DNA from: Nitrosopumilaceae archaeon
GTDB taxonomy: Archaea > Thermoproteota > Nitrososphaeria > Nitrososphaerales > Nitrosopumilaceae
Length of the DNA stretch: 64,000 nucleotides
Direction of reading: 5' to 3'
Assembly: GCA_965207375.1 (NCBI GenBank)
Contig: OZ242274.1
Coordinates: 1,408,001-1,472,000, forward strand
Shown: positions 43,873 to 53,388 of the stretch, piece after piece
Position numbering within the stretch: position 1 is the first letter of the stretch
Layout: each line of letters starts with the position of its first letter
Position numbers and translations under genes: made by a program
Notes under the pieces: model-generated
Databases searched by the model: none
Seen by the model: the letters and a program-made list of their open reading frames with translations, nothing else
What the model was told of the DNA's origin: nothing

Positions 43873-43962
43873 ATGAAAAAAGAAAAACAGGAAAAAACAC
43901 CATATTTTCCAAGAATAAAACGAGAATTCGAAGATGACCCAGAAGACCGGGAAATCTGGTGA
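43873..43962 (+). CDS. 29-aa peptide MKKEKQ...DREIW
   Basis: Manual translation; followed by a T-run. Confidence 0.35.
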   Translation: MKKEKQEKTPYFPRIKREFEDDPEDREIW

Positions 43963-43974
43963 ATCACCCCCTTT

Positions 43975-44049
43975 TTTGTGACCTGACAAGTCTTTTCAAA
44001 TCTCACAGTATCCCGTATGGGGCTGACAGGCAGGTGAGTGTGGAAAAGA
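43975..44049 (+). ncRNA. Unrecognised structured RNA motif, copy A
   Basis: GTGACCTGACAA-TCTTTTC-AAAT-CTCAC...CTGACAGGCAG-GTGAG-TGTG-GAAAAGA. Confidence 0.75.
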
Positions 44050-44064
44050 TACAACGTGATTCAA

Positions 44065-44229
44065 ATGTACAAAAACAAAGAACTCGTAGCATCTGAGCTT
44101 GTTGAATCTAACATTCTCAGATCAGACTCTGGTTTCCTCCAGGGAATAATCACCCATGAGGAACTCACAGAGATTGACAAGTTGATGGATGAAGCATTCA
44201 TCGACTTTGACATTTTGTGTCGGGAATAA
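44065..44229 (+). CDS. Small acidic protein
   Basis: 54 aa, directly after motif copy A. Confidence 0.55.
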   Translation: MYKNKELVASELVESNILRSDSGFLQGIITHEELTEIDKLMDEAFIDFDILCRE

Positions 44230-44250
44230 TCCGATACACAAACCCATTTT

Positions 44251-44324
44251 TTTGTGACCTGACAAACTTTTCAAACCGGCATTATCTGATGTATCAGACT
44301 GACAGGCAGGCCGGTGTGGAAAAG
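44251..44324 (+). ncRNA. Structured RNA motif, copy B
   Basis: Helix CCGGC/GCCGG replaces CTCAC/GTGAG. Confidence 0.75.
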
Positions 44325-44333
44325 CAAGCAACC

Positions 44334-44744
44334 ATGAAAAAAAGACAAAAAATCAAAATCCCCATCATGGATGCCCTAAAAAAGACAAAAGAACGACTAT
44401 TCAAAATACAAAACGCTGTATTTTGGGGTATCGTTGTAGTCGGTACAGGAATGAGCATAACCGATTCAATGGTCGAAAAACCTATTTTTGTTGACGGCAT
44501 AGCCTTTATTATTGCTGGCTTCGTAGGTTTGATAATGTCTTGGATAACTGCTGATGTTGCAAAAAGTCTTACCGAAAAAATCGAAAAAGTCGGTCAAGAA
44601 ACCAAAGAGGAAATTCGCAAGGTAGGTAAAGAAACCAAAGAGGAAATTCGCAAGGTAGGTACCGCAGTTGAAAAACACATGGAAGTATCTATAAAACAAA
44701 CTGAGATCCTGGAGAAGATCTTGCACAAACTTCCAGACAAGTAG
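44334..44744 (+). CDS. Two-TM plus coiled-coil protein, paralog 1
   Basis: Two TMs; 11-aa repeats EIRKVGKETKE. Confidence 0.8.
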   Translation: MKKRQKIKIPIMDALKKTKERLFKIQNAVFWGIVVVGTGMSITDSMVEKPIFVDGIAFIIAGFVGLIMSWITADVAKSLTEKIEKVGQETKEEIRKVGKETKEEIRKVGTAVEKHMEVSIKQTEILEKILHKLPDK

Positions 44745-44766
44745 GGCATTCCAAAATCCCGTATTT

Positions 44767-44853
44767 TTTGTGACCTGACAAACTTTTCAAATCCGTTAAT
44801 ATCGAGTATAGCGCAAGCTGTATTTGGCTGACAGGCAGAACGGTGTGGAAAAG
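44767..44853 (+). ncRNA. Structured RNA motif, copy C
   Basis: CCGTT/AACGG helix; GCAA-capped hairpin with G-U pairs. Confidence 0.75.
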
Positions 44854-45108
44854 CAAGCAACCATGAAAAAGATTCAAAGAATCCGAAACTCCATCATGGA
44901 TGCCCTAAAAGAAGCAAAAGACAGACTGTTCAGAAAACAAAACACACTATTTTGGGCCATCGTTATAACTGGTCTAGGAATGAGCATCGTGGGTTTAATT
45001 TTCGATGTGCGATTCCTTGTTGACCAGCTAAGCGAAATATGATTCAGATTCTTTGTCACAGTAGATTTTGGCCTATTTTGCCAACATTTCGCTTATGTTT
45101 GACTTGTA

Positions 45109-46269
45109 TCAATCTCTAATTGCTTCAGCTATTTCTTTACATACAAATATTTTACTTTTGTATTTGTTACTTATCTCATCTAGTATTTGTACGTCAATTA
45201 ATCTCTGTACAGCATTTTTTGCCGATGGGTAAGTTATGCCTAAATAATCTGCGGCTTTTGGAATTGTTATGAATGGATTTCCTAACAAATAATCTATCAA
45301 CAAGACCGCACTTCCACTAACACGTTGTTTTTTCAAAGTTTGTTTGTATTTTTTTTGAAGAGTTAACAACCTTTGAATATTTTCAATTGCCTCATCTGCC
45401 GTTACCGTTATCGCATGTAAGAAAAACATCAACCATTCTTTCCATTTACTTTGTTGACTAATGGCCAACAATCCTGCATAATACCTGTCCAAGTTTTTTT
45501 CAAAATATGCACTCAAATACAATAAGGGTTGAGAAAGCAAACCTCTTTCTGTTAAAAGTAAAGGAATCAACACTCTTCCAATTCTTCCATTTCCATCTAG
45601 AAAAGGATGTATAGCTTCAAATTGATAGTGTAGAATTGCACATTGTAGAACTACTGAAAGATTTTCTGGTGGTTTTTGTAGAAATTCTTCTACTTGTTCT
45701 AATAATGATACAACATATTCAGGTGGTGGGGGTGTATATACGGAATTTTCAAGGGTATCACCATATCTGACTATCCAATTTTGAACTGTTCTAAACGATC
45801 CTGGATTTTTATCTCCACCTCTGACCCCCATCATCAATATTTTGTGAGATTCTCTTATCATTTCTAAATCTATTTTTCTTCCATCTTTGATTATCTCCTT
45901 GATTTTTTCTTGTAACACTTTCACATAGTTTCTTACCTCTTTCAACCGTAATCTTTCTTCGTCTTCTTGACGAAAACTTCCTACTACCTCATATTGTAAT
46001 AGATCAGTCATTGATGCTAATGTTCCCTCGATTTTGGAACTTAATACGGCTTCCCGAGTAAGATAGGGTCTAATCAACACATGTGGATTTGGAAGTAAAT
46101 CACCTCTTCCTTTTAATTCCGCCAATTTTCGTTCTGCATGAACAAGAGACATTACTAAATCATCGTCATATTGTATTTCTGGTGGTATTTTATTAGGAAT
46201 AAAGGTCTCATATCCTTTCGTATTTTTTATTATTTTGCCGTTAGGATTGGTAAAGTCACTTTTATTCAT
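45109..46269 (-). CDS. Fic-family protein
   Basis: SSKIEG and HPFLDGNGRIGR motifs; C-terminal HTH. Confidence 0.95.
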   Translation of the reverse strand: MNKSDFTNPNGKIIKNTKGYETFIPNKIPPEIQYDDDLVMSLVHAERKLAELKGRGDLLPNPHVLIRPYLTREAVLSSKIEGTLASMTDLLQYEVVGSFRQEDEERLRLKEVRNYVKVLQEKIKEIIKDGRKIDLEMIRESHKILMMGVRGGDKNPGSFRTVQNWIVRYGDTLENSVYTPPPPEYVVSLLEQVEEFLQKPPENLSVVLQCAILHYQFEAIHPFLDGNGRIGRVLIPLLLTERGLLSQPLLYLSAYFEKNLDRYYAGLLAISQQSKWKEWLMFFLHAITVTADEAIENIQRLLTLQKKYKQTLKKQRVSGSAVLLIDYLLGNPFITIPKAADYLGITYPSAKNAVQRLIDVQILDEISNKYKSKIFVCKEIAEAIRD

Positions 46270-46469
46270 TCACTGCACCGTTTTCTGGTCATTATAGTTT
46301 CTTTAATGAAATATTTACAAATTAAACATATTGCCATTTTTCTTTAATCTAAGATGTTTTACTATTAAAACTTGTTGGCTAAACAGCTAAGCGAAATGTG
46401 GGCAAAATAGGCCAAAATCTACCCCAAAAATGCAAACAGATCAATAGAGGCGGCTCCAGATGATTTTCA

Positions 46470-47606
46470 GTGTCCAAACAAAAAACCAAACAGAGCCGTG
46501 AACTATTAAACAATCCACGATTATATCAAGATGCCGCATCTGGTGCCAAAAACATGCTTGCATGTACTACTTTGTCAGTCAAGGGCAATACGATATATGG
46601 AGTTGATGATCTCAGTACCGGAATGTTGAGGGCTACCATTATGGATTCCTCTGTAGGAGGATGTGCAAATGCGGTAAAACAAAAAAACAGCAATACGCCA
46701 TCAGACAGATGGTATGCATCTGCAATCAAGGGGATATCAGAGGAAACAGTACAGGACGTTTTCCAATTACAGATAGCAAGACAGGTTAAAATTCTCAAAA
46801 AAATGGGAAAGATTCCAAAGAAGGGGCTTACAGTTGCAATGGACCTACACCTCATATGCCGTTATGACAGGACACATGGGGAGGAGTTGACCCGTTCCAA
46901 ATACAAAAACGGCACGACATACTTTGAGCGTTACATGACGGTTCACTGTGTGGATGATACAATGAGAGTCGTTCTAGCTGCAATACATCTCAAAATGCTT
47001 GATTCCGTGCCTAAATCGGTGAATTTTCTGCTCAAAACACTGTCGGATTTGGGGGTAAAAGTTCGTCTGGCATTATGTGATCGTGAGTTTTTCTCAGTGG
47101 ATACAATGCAAATGCTGATTCAAAACGACGTATCCTTTTTGATACCTTGCAGAAATACACCAAATGTAAAATCTGCACTAGACGAGTATAGTCGTAAAAA
47201 ACGTGATGTAACATCAGAGTGCACCCTACAAAACGACTGTCATTCTGTACCGTATACAATGATAATAGAAAGAAGAAAAGGGTCAAAGGATACTGATGTT
47301 GCCGAGGAAAAATACATTGGCTTTGCAACTAACTGTAATACTGTAGACGTTACAGAATATGCAAGTAGGTGGGGGATAGAATCAGGATACGGCAAGATAG
47401 AGGAATGCAGGGCCAAGACACGAATCAAGGATAATGTATCAAGAATGCTGTGTTTTTATTATTCACTGATACTGTACAATGAGTGGATAATTATCAGGGC
47501 TATTCTTTGTGACGATACAGCAAGTCAGAGTATTATGACCATGCTAGTTTTCAAAGTACAAATGGATTTTGAGTTGATGCGTCAGTTCAAGCCGCCGCCA
47601 GGGTAG
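46470..47606 (+). CDS. ISH3-family transposase
   Basis: AMDLH, CDREFF, YASRWGIESGY. Confidence 0.9.
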   Translation: MSKQKTKQSRELLNNPRLYQDAASGAKNMLACTTLSVKGNTIYGVDDLSTGMLRATIMDSSVGGCANAVKQKNSNTPSDRWYASAIKGISEETVQDVFQLQIARQVKILKKMGKIPKKGLTVAMDLHLICRYDRTHGEELTRSKYKNGTTYFERYMTVHCVDDTMRVVLAAIHLKMLDSVPKSVNFLLKTLSDLGVKVRLALCDREFFSVDTMQMLIQNDVSFLIPCRNTPNVKSALDEYSRKKRDVTSECTLQNDCHSVPYTMIIERRKGSKDTDVAEEKYIGFATNCNTVDVTEYASRWGIESGYGKIEECRAKTRIKDNVSRMLCFYYSLILYNEWIIIRAILCDDTASQSIMTMLVFKVQMDFELMRQFKPPPG

Positions 47607-47893
47607 GATTTGGGCTACATTTCGCTTAGCTGTTGACGGCATAGCCTTTATTATTGCTGGTGTCGTAGGACTGATAATGTCTTGGATGACTACCGATGTT
47701 GCAAAAAACCTCACCGATGAGATCCGCAAGGTTGGTCAAGAAACCAAAGAAACCAAAGAGGAAATCCGCAAAGTAGGTACCACAGTCGAAAAACACATGG
47801 AAGTAACTGTGAAACAGACAGAAAAACTAACCGAGATCCTGGAGAAGATCTTGCACAAACTTCCAGACAAGTAGGGCATCAAATCCCGTATTT

Positions 47894-47980
47894 TTTGTGA
47901 CCTGACAAACTTTTCAAATCCGTTAATATCAAGTATAGCGTAAGCTGTACCCGGCTGACAGGCAGAACGGTGTGGAAAAG
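47894..47980 (+). ncRNA. Structured RNA motif, copy D
   Basis: As copy C, GTAA loop. Confidence 0.75.
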
Positions 47981-47989
47981 CAAACAACC

Positions 47990-48379
47990 ATGAAAAAGAG
48001 TCAAAAAATCAGAAACTCCGTCATGGATGCCCTAAAAAAGACAAAAGAACGACTATTCAAAATACAAAACGCTGTATTTTGGGGTATCGTTGTAGTCGGT
48101 ACAGGAATGAGCATAACCGATTCAATGGTCGAAAAACCTATTTTTGTTGACGGCATAGCCTTTATTATTGCTGGCTTCGTAGGTTTGATAATGTCTTGGA
48201 TAACTGCCGATGTTGCAAAAAGTCTTACCGAAAAAATCGAAAAAGTCGGTCAAGAAACCAAAGAGGAAATCCGCAAAGTAGGTACCACAGTCGAAAAACA
48301 CATGGAAGTAACTGTGAAACAGACAGAAAAACTAACCGAGATCCTGGAGAAGATCTTGCACAAACTTCCAGACAAGTAG
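47990..48379 (+). CDS. Two-TM coiled-coil paralog 3
   Basis: Near-identical to 44334..44744. Confidence 0.8.
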   Translation: MKKSQKIRNSVMDALKKTKERLFKIQNAVFWGIVVVGTGMSITDSMVEKPIFVDGIAFIIAGFVGLIMSWITADVAKSLTEKIEKVGQETKEEIRKVGTTVEKHMEVTVKQTEKLTEILEKILHKLPDK

Positions 48380-48400
48380 GGCATTCCAAATCCCGTATTT

Positions 48401-48487
48401 TTTGTGACCTGACAAACTTTTCAAATCCGTTAATATCGAGTATAGCGTAAGCTGTATTTGGCTGACAGGCAGAACGGTGTGGAAAAG
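48401..48487 (+). ncRNA. Structured RNA motif, copy E
   Basis: As copy C; not directly followed by an ATG. Confidence 0.75.
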
Positions 48488-48645
48488 AAATCCGCAATAG
48501 CGGTGCATGAAATTCTACATGTATTATTTGGACGCAAGTTCAATCCCAGATTTTTTGACAAATAATATTCGGATGTGGGCATAGAATTACCACATCGCAA
48601 CGGCGACAGTCGTAAAGAACTCAAACAACAAAGGAGGTTGATAAA

Positions 48646-49905
48646 ATGAGTGTAACAAACAAACCAACAAAAATCAACGTTGATGGAAAACAATATCCGT
48701 TAGCGTTTGTATGTAAAAAAATCAGAACAACCCTAAAACTCTCATCTGCCGTGTATAACCGCGGTAACACATTTTTGTGTGATGGAGATATGGTGGCTGT
48801 TCTGTCTGGAAATCACATAACATCTGTGATAACCGGCAAGAAACTAGACCTTTCACAAAGCCATGTGAAAAAAACACATGAACTAATTGATAACTGCAAA
48901 AAATCAATTGGTGATTTCACAGACTCTGCGGACTTTTATCAAAGAGAACCTGAAGGCTTTGAACCAATCAGCGGCAAAGCATTTGCAATTGGTTGGAAAA
49001 AAGACGGCTTTTACGAGTCGTTACATTTTGCAGATGCAGACGGCACAATGTTAAATGCTATACTAGACAAAGACACAATCGACACTCTAGTAAAACCATA
49101 CAACAGACCTGTAATAGAGCGTAGACATGTAAACTACACACCACGCTCAGAAGAGGTAGCGTTTGCACTAGCAGACATGCAAGGTTCTGACATACTAGTC
49201 CGTACGGAAAACCAATTCCATGGAAAAGTTACAGAACCCATATTTGTCGAGGAGCAACCATCAGAACAATACCAGTTTCTTTTATCTGATGATGGTCAAA
49301 TCTTGACACAAAAGTACACACCGATAAAGGAATGTGACTGCATATCTGTATCATCAATGAGTGATGAGTTCAGAGAAGCATTTGCTGATATTATCGACGA
49401 ATCACAAATGGGTGCAAAAACAGACTATACAACAGAGGCCCAAATATGTGAAGAAATAATAGACATAGAAGATGTGGTACCTTCACACTTTGTAGCAGAC
49501 AAAACAGCAAGAGATGTCAAAAGACAAAGCCAGAGTATACACACAGGTGAGAGAACACACAAGCCAAGAAAACATGACAATAGGACATACAATCCTGCTG
49601 ACATTTTGTCTCATGCCAAAACACTAGACAGCAAATCTTTGATTGTTATCTACAAACCAATGATATCACAATATCATGACCACGGTGAGACTGAACGACA
49701 CTGCAACATCTGTGTCTTTGAAGATGTATCAGAAAATCTTGAAGATACAATGGTGTCTCTTCGTGGCATGGAAGCATCTCAACTAACTGTATTTATCAAA
49801 ACAGTTGAAACCGCAATGGACCAACTACAGGTACCAACACACAAGGAGCCTGTGGAATTATCCATCGCAAAAAGCCTGCTAAAAGCAAAGTCTTCACATT
49901 GCTAA
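48646..49905 (+). CDS. Hypothetical protein
   Basis: 419 aa; AGGAGGT upstream. Confidence 0.75.
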   Translation: MSVTNKPTKINVDGKQYPLAFVCKKIRTTLKLSSAVYNRGNTFLCDGDMVAVLSGNHITSVITGKKLDLSQSHVKKTHELIDNCKKSIGDFTDSADFYQREPEGFEPISGKAFAIGWKKDGFYESLHFADADGTMLNAILDKDTIDTLVKPYNRPVIERRHVNYTPRSEEVAFALADMQGSDILVRTENQFHGKVTEPIFVEEQPSEQYQFLLSDDGQILTQKYTPIKECDCISVSSMSDEFREAFADIIDESQMGAKTDYTTEAQICEEIIDIEDVVPSHFVADKTARDVKRQSQSIHTGERTHKPRKHDNRTYNPADILSHAKTLDSKSLIVIYKPMISQYHDHGETERHCNICVFEDVSENLEDTMVSLRGMEASQLTVFIKTVETAMDQLQVPTHKEPVELSIAKSLLKAKSSHC

Positions 49906-50267
49906 GCGCCCAAAAGGTAGCATCGATTTTAGATGCCCTTGTACTTGCCGGAAACGTTGAAACATCACAGCAATTTTTCAAATGCTGTGGTCCCAACTGG
50001 CAAAAGGTTTACAGTCTTTTGTCCCCGGAGGCACAAAAATCACTCAATCCAGATGTATCACATCAAATAAAGATAGACCCAAAAATTGCAGTAAAGGTGT
50101 TCAATGAACTAGCATCTGCACAGCAATATGATACTATCATCATGATGTGCAATTCTAGGATTGGAAACATTGGACGTATCATGAACTTTTGTTCACCTGA
50201 TGCTGTTCGTGTAATCAGCCGTGTCAGACAGACATGGCAAAAAAATGTACAGATTACCTGTACATAG
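49899..50267 (+). CDS. Hypothetical protein
   Basis: 122 aa, overlapping previous stop. Confidence 0.6.
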   Translation: MLSAQKVASILDALVLAGNVETSQQFFKCCGPNWQKVYSLLSPEAQKSLNPDVSHQIKIDPKIAVKVFNELASAQQYDTIIMMCNSRIGNIGRIMNFCSPDAVRVISRVRQTWQKNVQITCT

Positions 50268-50273
50268 GGAAAA

Positions 50274-50396
50274 TCCCACTGATGAGTTTGCCATAGCGAC
50301 ACCGCATGAAGCAAACGCTGGAGTATTCCAGTTGACTGACTCCATCCCGCAGATACGGGGGTTAGTCGAAACATCCTAGTACCAGGATGTCTGGGA
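50274..50396 (+). ncRNA. Type I hammerhead ribozyme with multibranched stem II
   Basis: TCCCA-CTGATGA-G...C-GAAA-CATCCT-agtacc-AGGATG-TC-TGGGA; predicted cut after C50391. Confidence 0.8.
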
Positions 50397-50511
50397 AAAA
50401 GAAACACAAATCCTTCCATCCCAGACCTGATGATACCTATACCATCTAATGGTATCTGTAATATCAGGTCAATGAGGGATTTACACAACACAAACAACGG
50501 AGGTTGATATA

Positions 50512-50763
50512 ATGAGTTATACAATCACAAAATACCAAGGAAAATTTGAAACAGCAGAAAACATACCAAAGACAGGCAGACTAGTTACTGCAGAATCTTT
50601 GTTCAAAGAAAAGTCCGCACTCAGAAATGTTGCAGCAGTATTCATACAGCAACAAGAAACAGTATATCTTGTCTCACTACGTGAGATGGTACCAGAAGAC
50701 TCGAAAGTCATCGTAGATGATCAACAAAACATTTGTGCCATACCAGCAGTTGCCGGGGGGTAA
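50512..50763 (+). CDS. Small protein with ubiquitin/SAMP-like C-terminus
   Basis: 83 aa ending IPAVAGG; GGAGG upstream. Confidence 0.65.
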   Translation: MSYTITKYQGKFETAENIPKTGRLVTAESLFKEKSALRNVAAVFIQQQETVYLVSLREMVPEDSKVIVDDQQNICAIPAVAGG

Positions 50764-50813
50764 AACCCCTTGGAAACTCGCAGAGTATCCAATACTGATT
50801 CAAAAGGCAGACA

Positions 50814-50948
50814 ATGCTTTCAGCAACCGGCGCAATAACACGCATCGATTCTGGACGATTTTCTGTAGGTTCGGGAGTAATAGTTGACATCCATGGGTGC
50901 AACTGTCCCGGATACACAAAATGTAGAATCTGCTCACACTTGTTGTGA
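50814..50948 (+). CDS. Tiny SWIM-type Zn-finger peptide
   Basis: Manual translation ...GCNCPGYTKCRICSHLL. Confidence 0.4.
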   Translation: MLSATGAITRIDSGRFSVGSGVIVDIHGCNCPGYTKCRICSHLL

Positions 50949-51002
50949 GAAATCTCTTGACACAATACGACACCAACATAATCTAGGAGGAACAACAAGA
51001 AA

Positions 51003-51209
51003 ATGTCCAAAAAAGAACTAGAAAAAATTGTAGAGTTGTACCGCAACTATAACATCGAAAAGATGCACAAACAAAAAATCATAAAGAGTTACACAAATAC
51101 TATCATGGCCATCCTTGAGGTGTGCTCAGAAGAGACCATATCCAAAATCAATGACTGTCTTGAGCAGGAAGAAAAAATACAACCATCACCAATTGGTATT
51201 GTATCATGA
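51003..51209 (+). CDS. Hypothetical protein
   Basis: 68 aa; AGGAGG upstream. Confidence 0.55.
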   Translation: MSKKELEKIVELYRNYNIEKMHKQKIIKSYTNTIMAILEVCSEETISKINDCLEQEEKIQPSPIGIVS

Positions 51210-51781
51210 GTGTAGTATCAACATACAGAAAAGACAATCAAATTTTGGAAATATTTGTAGATGAAGATCCTACAAGTCCAAGAGAATGGGATAATCTAGG
51301 TACAATTATCGCTTATCATCCAGACTATATCCTTGGAGATAAACAAATGGATCTACAGACTGCACAGAATGAATGTAAAAAACATATCAAAACTGCATAT
51401 GTTGCATTGCCATTATACATGCTAGAACATAGCGGTATATGGTTGTCTACTGAAACATTTGTTTGTGACCTCCAGGGCTGGGATACTAGTGCTGTCGGCA
51501 TGATATACTGTACAAAATCAGAGGTAAAGAAAATGCTGCAAGTGGACACCCTAAAATCATCAGACAAAAAAAGAGTAGAACAAATCCTAAAAGAGGAAGT
51601 CGAGGAGTGTGGAGAATATCTAAACGGTGATGTATATGGATACTCTCTAAGTACGGTATCTAAATGCAACCAAGGAATGGAACATCTACATCTTGTCGAC
51701 TCTTGTGGTGGATACTATGGTCAAGAGGGCATAGACTCTATCCTTGAACAAAACGGCGCACAAGATTGGGAGAAGATATAA
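51206..51781 (+). CDS. Mobile-element hypothetical protein
   Basis: DPTSPREWDNLG, LPLYMLEHSG, DSCGGYYG resemble phage/ICE hypotheticals. Confidence 0.7.
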   Translation: MSVVSTYRKDNQILEIFVDEDPTSPREWDNLGTIIAYHPDYILGDKQMDLQTAQNECKKHIKTAYVALPLYMLEHSGIWLSTETFVCDLQGWDTSAVGMIYCTKSEVKKMLQVDTLKSSDKKRVEQILKEEVEECGEYLNGDVYGYSLSTVSKCNQGMEHLHLVDSCGGYYGQEGIDSILEQNGAQDWEKI

Positions 51782-51962
51782 TCATGAGCACCGAATCTCG
51801 GCTCCTTTCACATTCCAAAAAGGAATTGGTAAATCTGCTCATCATGGCAAGTGCCAGGATTTTTACACTACAAAATGAAGTGAATGGGTACCAAACCAAT
51901 TGTAACTGCAAACCAAACACCGGTGACAGATTTGCAGACATTGATAGGGCGTGGAATAAACC

Positions 51963-52175
51963 ATGATTGACCAATATACAATGTATGTAGATCCAAACTA
52001 TTCGTATCTTAAAGTACCTAGAAAGGAACTAATCAAGATGGATGTACTTTCAAAAACCAGCAGTAGGTCATTCAGACGCGGGGCGTGGGTTCTACTAAGA
52101 GAGGGTGCTGACATGAACAGATTCATGAAGCAAAAAGGTCAGGTAGAAATCATAAAAGAGTTCACACTAGTGTGA
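51963..52175 (+). CDS. Hypothetical protein
   Basis: 70 aa in a packed operon. Confidence 0.55.
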   Translation: MIDQYTMYVDPNYSYLKVPRKELIKMDVLSKTSSRSFRRGAWVLLREGADMNRFMKQKGQVEIIKEFTLV

Positions 52176-52312
52176 GGGGGTAAAACCATGGAACAACAAA
52201 TTAAAGAGAAATGTGTATCATGTGGGGATATAGCAACAATCAATATGTTTGGGAGTCACCTGTGTGACACATGTGTTGATTTTGTCAAAATTACCAAAAA
52301 ACCTACAGAAAC

Positions 52313-52615
52313 ATGAATCAACAAACTAGACTGGAAAAACTTGCAAAGTGTCTTGATACTATATTGACAACACCAAAAATCAATGGTACAGTAGACGAGT
52401 TTTACGGATATGAAGAGACACATTCTGGACTCTGGTTAAGTGCTGATGACGGCAACAAAATAGATGACATGTCAGCATTTGATTATCATCTGATGGACTC
52501 TGACGAAAAACAATACGTAATGGGTGTACATAAAAAAATACACGAAATACTTTGTCAACAAAAAGCACATACAGAATATCATGATCCGGCAACGATTATG
52601 ATATATCTGGACTAG
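52313..52615 (+). CDS. Hypothetical protein, paralog of 52817..53296
   Basis: FDY...GVHKK...EYHDPAT. Confidence 0.65.
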   Translation: MNQQTRLEKLAKCLDTILTTPKINGTVDEFYGYEETHSGLWLSADDGNKIDDMSAFDYHLMDSDEKQYVMGVHKKIHEILCQQKAHTEYHDPATIMIYLD

Positions 52616-52623
52616 GTAAAACC

Positions 52624-52866
52624 ATGAAAAACGAACCTACACAAAACACTCAATATGTCAACATGCCAAAGCCACACTCGCTACTAGTATTATCTTGGGA
52701 AGATATTGTATCACAAGCAGATGACATGGACATGAAAATCACAAGAGAGCAATGTATTGAGGTGTTTAACAAAATTATATCATCTAATATGGACTCTATA
52801 ATGGATTCCTTTTGGCATGATATCAGATTTTGGTTGGACACCATACATGACGAAAACAAATTATAA
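52624..52866 (+). CDS. Hypothetical protein
   Basis: 80 aa acidic. Confidence 0.55.
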   Translation: MKNEPTQNTQYVNMPKPHSLLVLSWEDIVSQADDMDMKITREQCIEVFNKIISSNMDSIMDSFWHDIRFWLDTIHDENKL

Positions 52867-53296
52867 AATCACGGAGTTGATGAAATTGAACGGAAAATCA
52901 AAATCCAAACTGGTTGAACCAGAAAGGAATTTAGCAAAACAACGATTGGAAAATCTGAAACAGGATCTAGAAGAGTTTCTAGAGGACCCACAAATTGGCA
53001 TGACCATAGATGAGTGGAGCGGCAGAGCCGAAACATATTATGGTATTGTAATGTCAGGTGAGGGAGGCAATCGGGTTAATGGCATTCCTGGCTTTGACTA
53101 TTATGAGGAATGTGATTATCTGGCAGCAGAGGCTGTAACAGAATTTGGCGGTTCTACACCAGAGACAACATATGACTTTGGAGTCCACAAAAAGCTCAAA
53201 GAGTTTCTTCAAAAAAGAGGAGCAAGTGCAGAATGGTATGATGCAGGGACTGTTCATGTATACTTTGAAGAACCCCGTCAAGCACCAAAAAGATGA
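52817..53296 (+). CDS. Hypothetical protein
   Basis: FDYY...GVHKK...EWYDAGT. Confidence 0.65.
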   Translation: MISDFGWTPYMTKTNYKITELMKLNGKSKSKLVEPERNLAKQRLENLKQDLEEFLEDPQIGMTIDEWSGRAETYYGIVMSGEGGNRVNGIPGFDYYEECDYLAAEAVTEFGGSTPETTYDFGVHKKLKEFLQKRGASAEWYDAGTVHVYFEEPRQAPKR

Positions 53297-53388
53297 ATTG
53301 TAAAACATTCGTAGATAATCTACGATACAATATGTCATGTGAAACATTACTGATATCGGTAGACAATACAAAAAGGAGGTACGATATA

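Larger units (their letters stand above)
45025..47632. mobile_element. ISH3-based composite transposon carrying a Fic gene
   Basis: Outer TIR CAGCTAAGCGAAAT; TSD TTGAC (45020-45024, 47633-47637); inner IS end at 46384; inverted end copy at 45061-45095. Confidence 0.9.
44863..47874 (+). pseudogene. Two-TM coiled-coil paralog 2, split by transposon
   Basis: ...RFLVD / GIAFIIAG... rejoins across TSD TTGAC. Confidence 0.85.

Noticed and set aside
43701-44054. 117-aa minus-strand ORF and similar shadow ORFs to 48497
   Set aside because: Overlap the ncRNA motifs and lack coding features
44122-44135. Complementarity of the unit 7 3' end to TCAGACTCTGGTTT
   Set aside because: The pairing includes box D itself; short single instance
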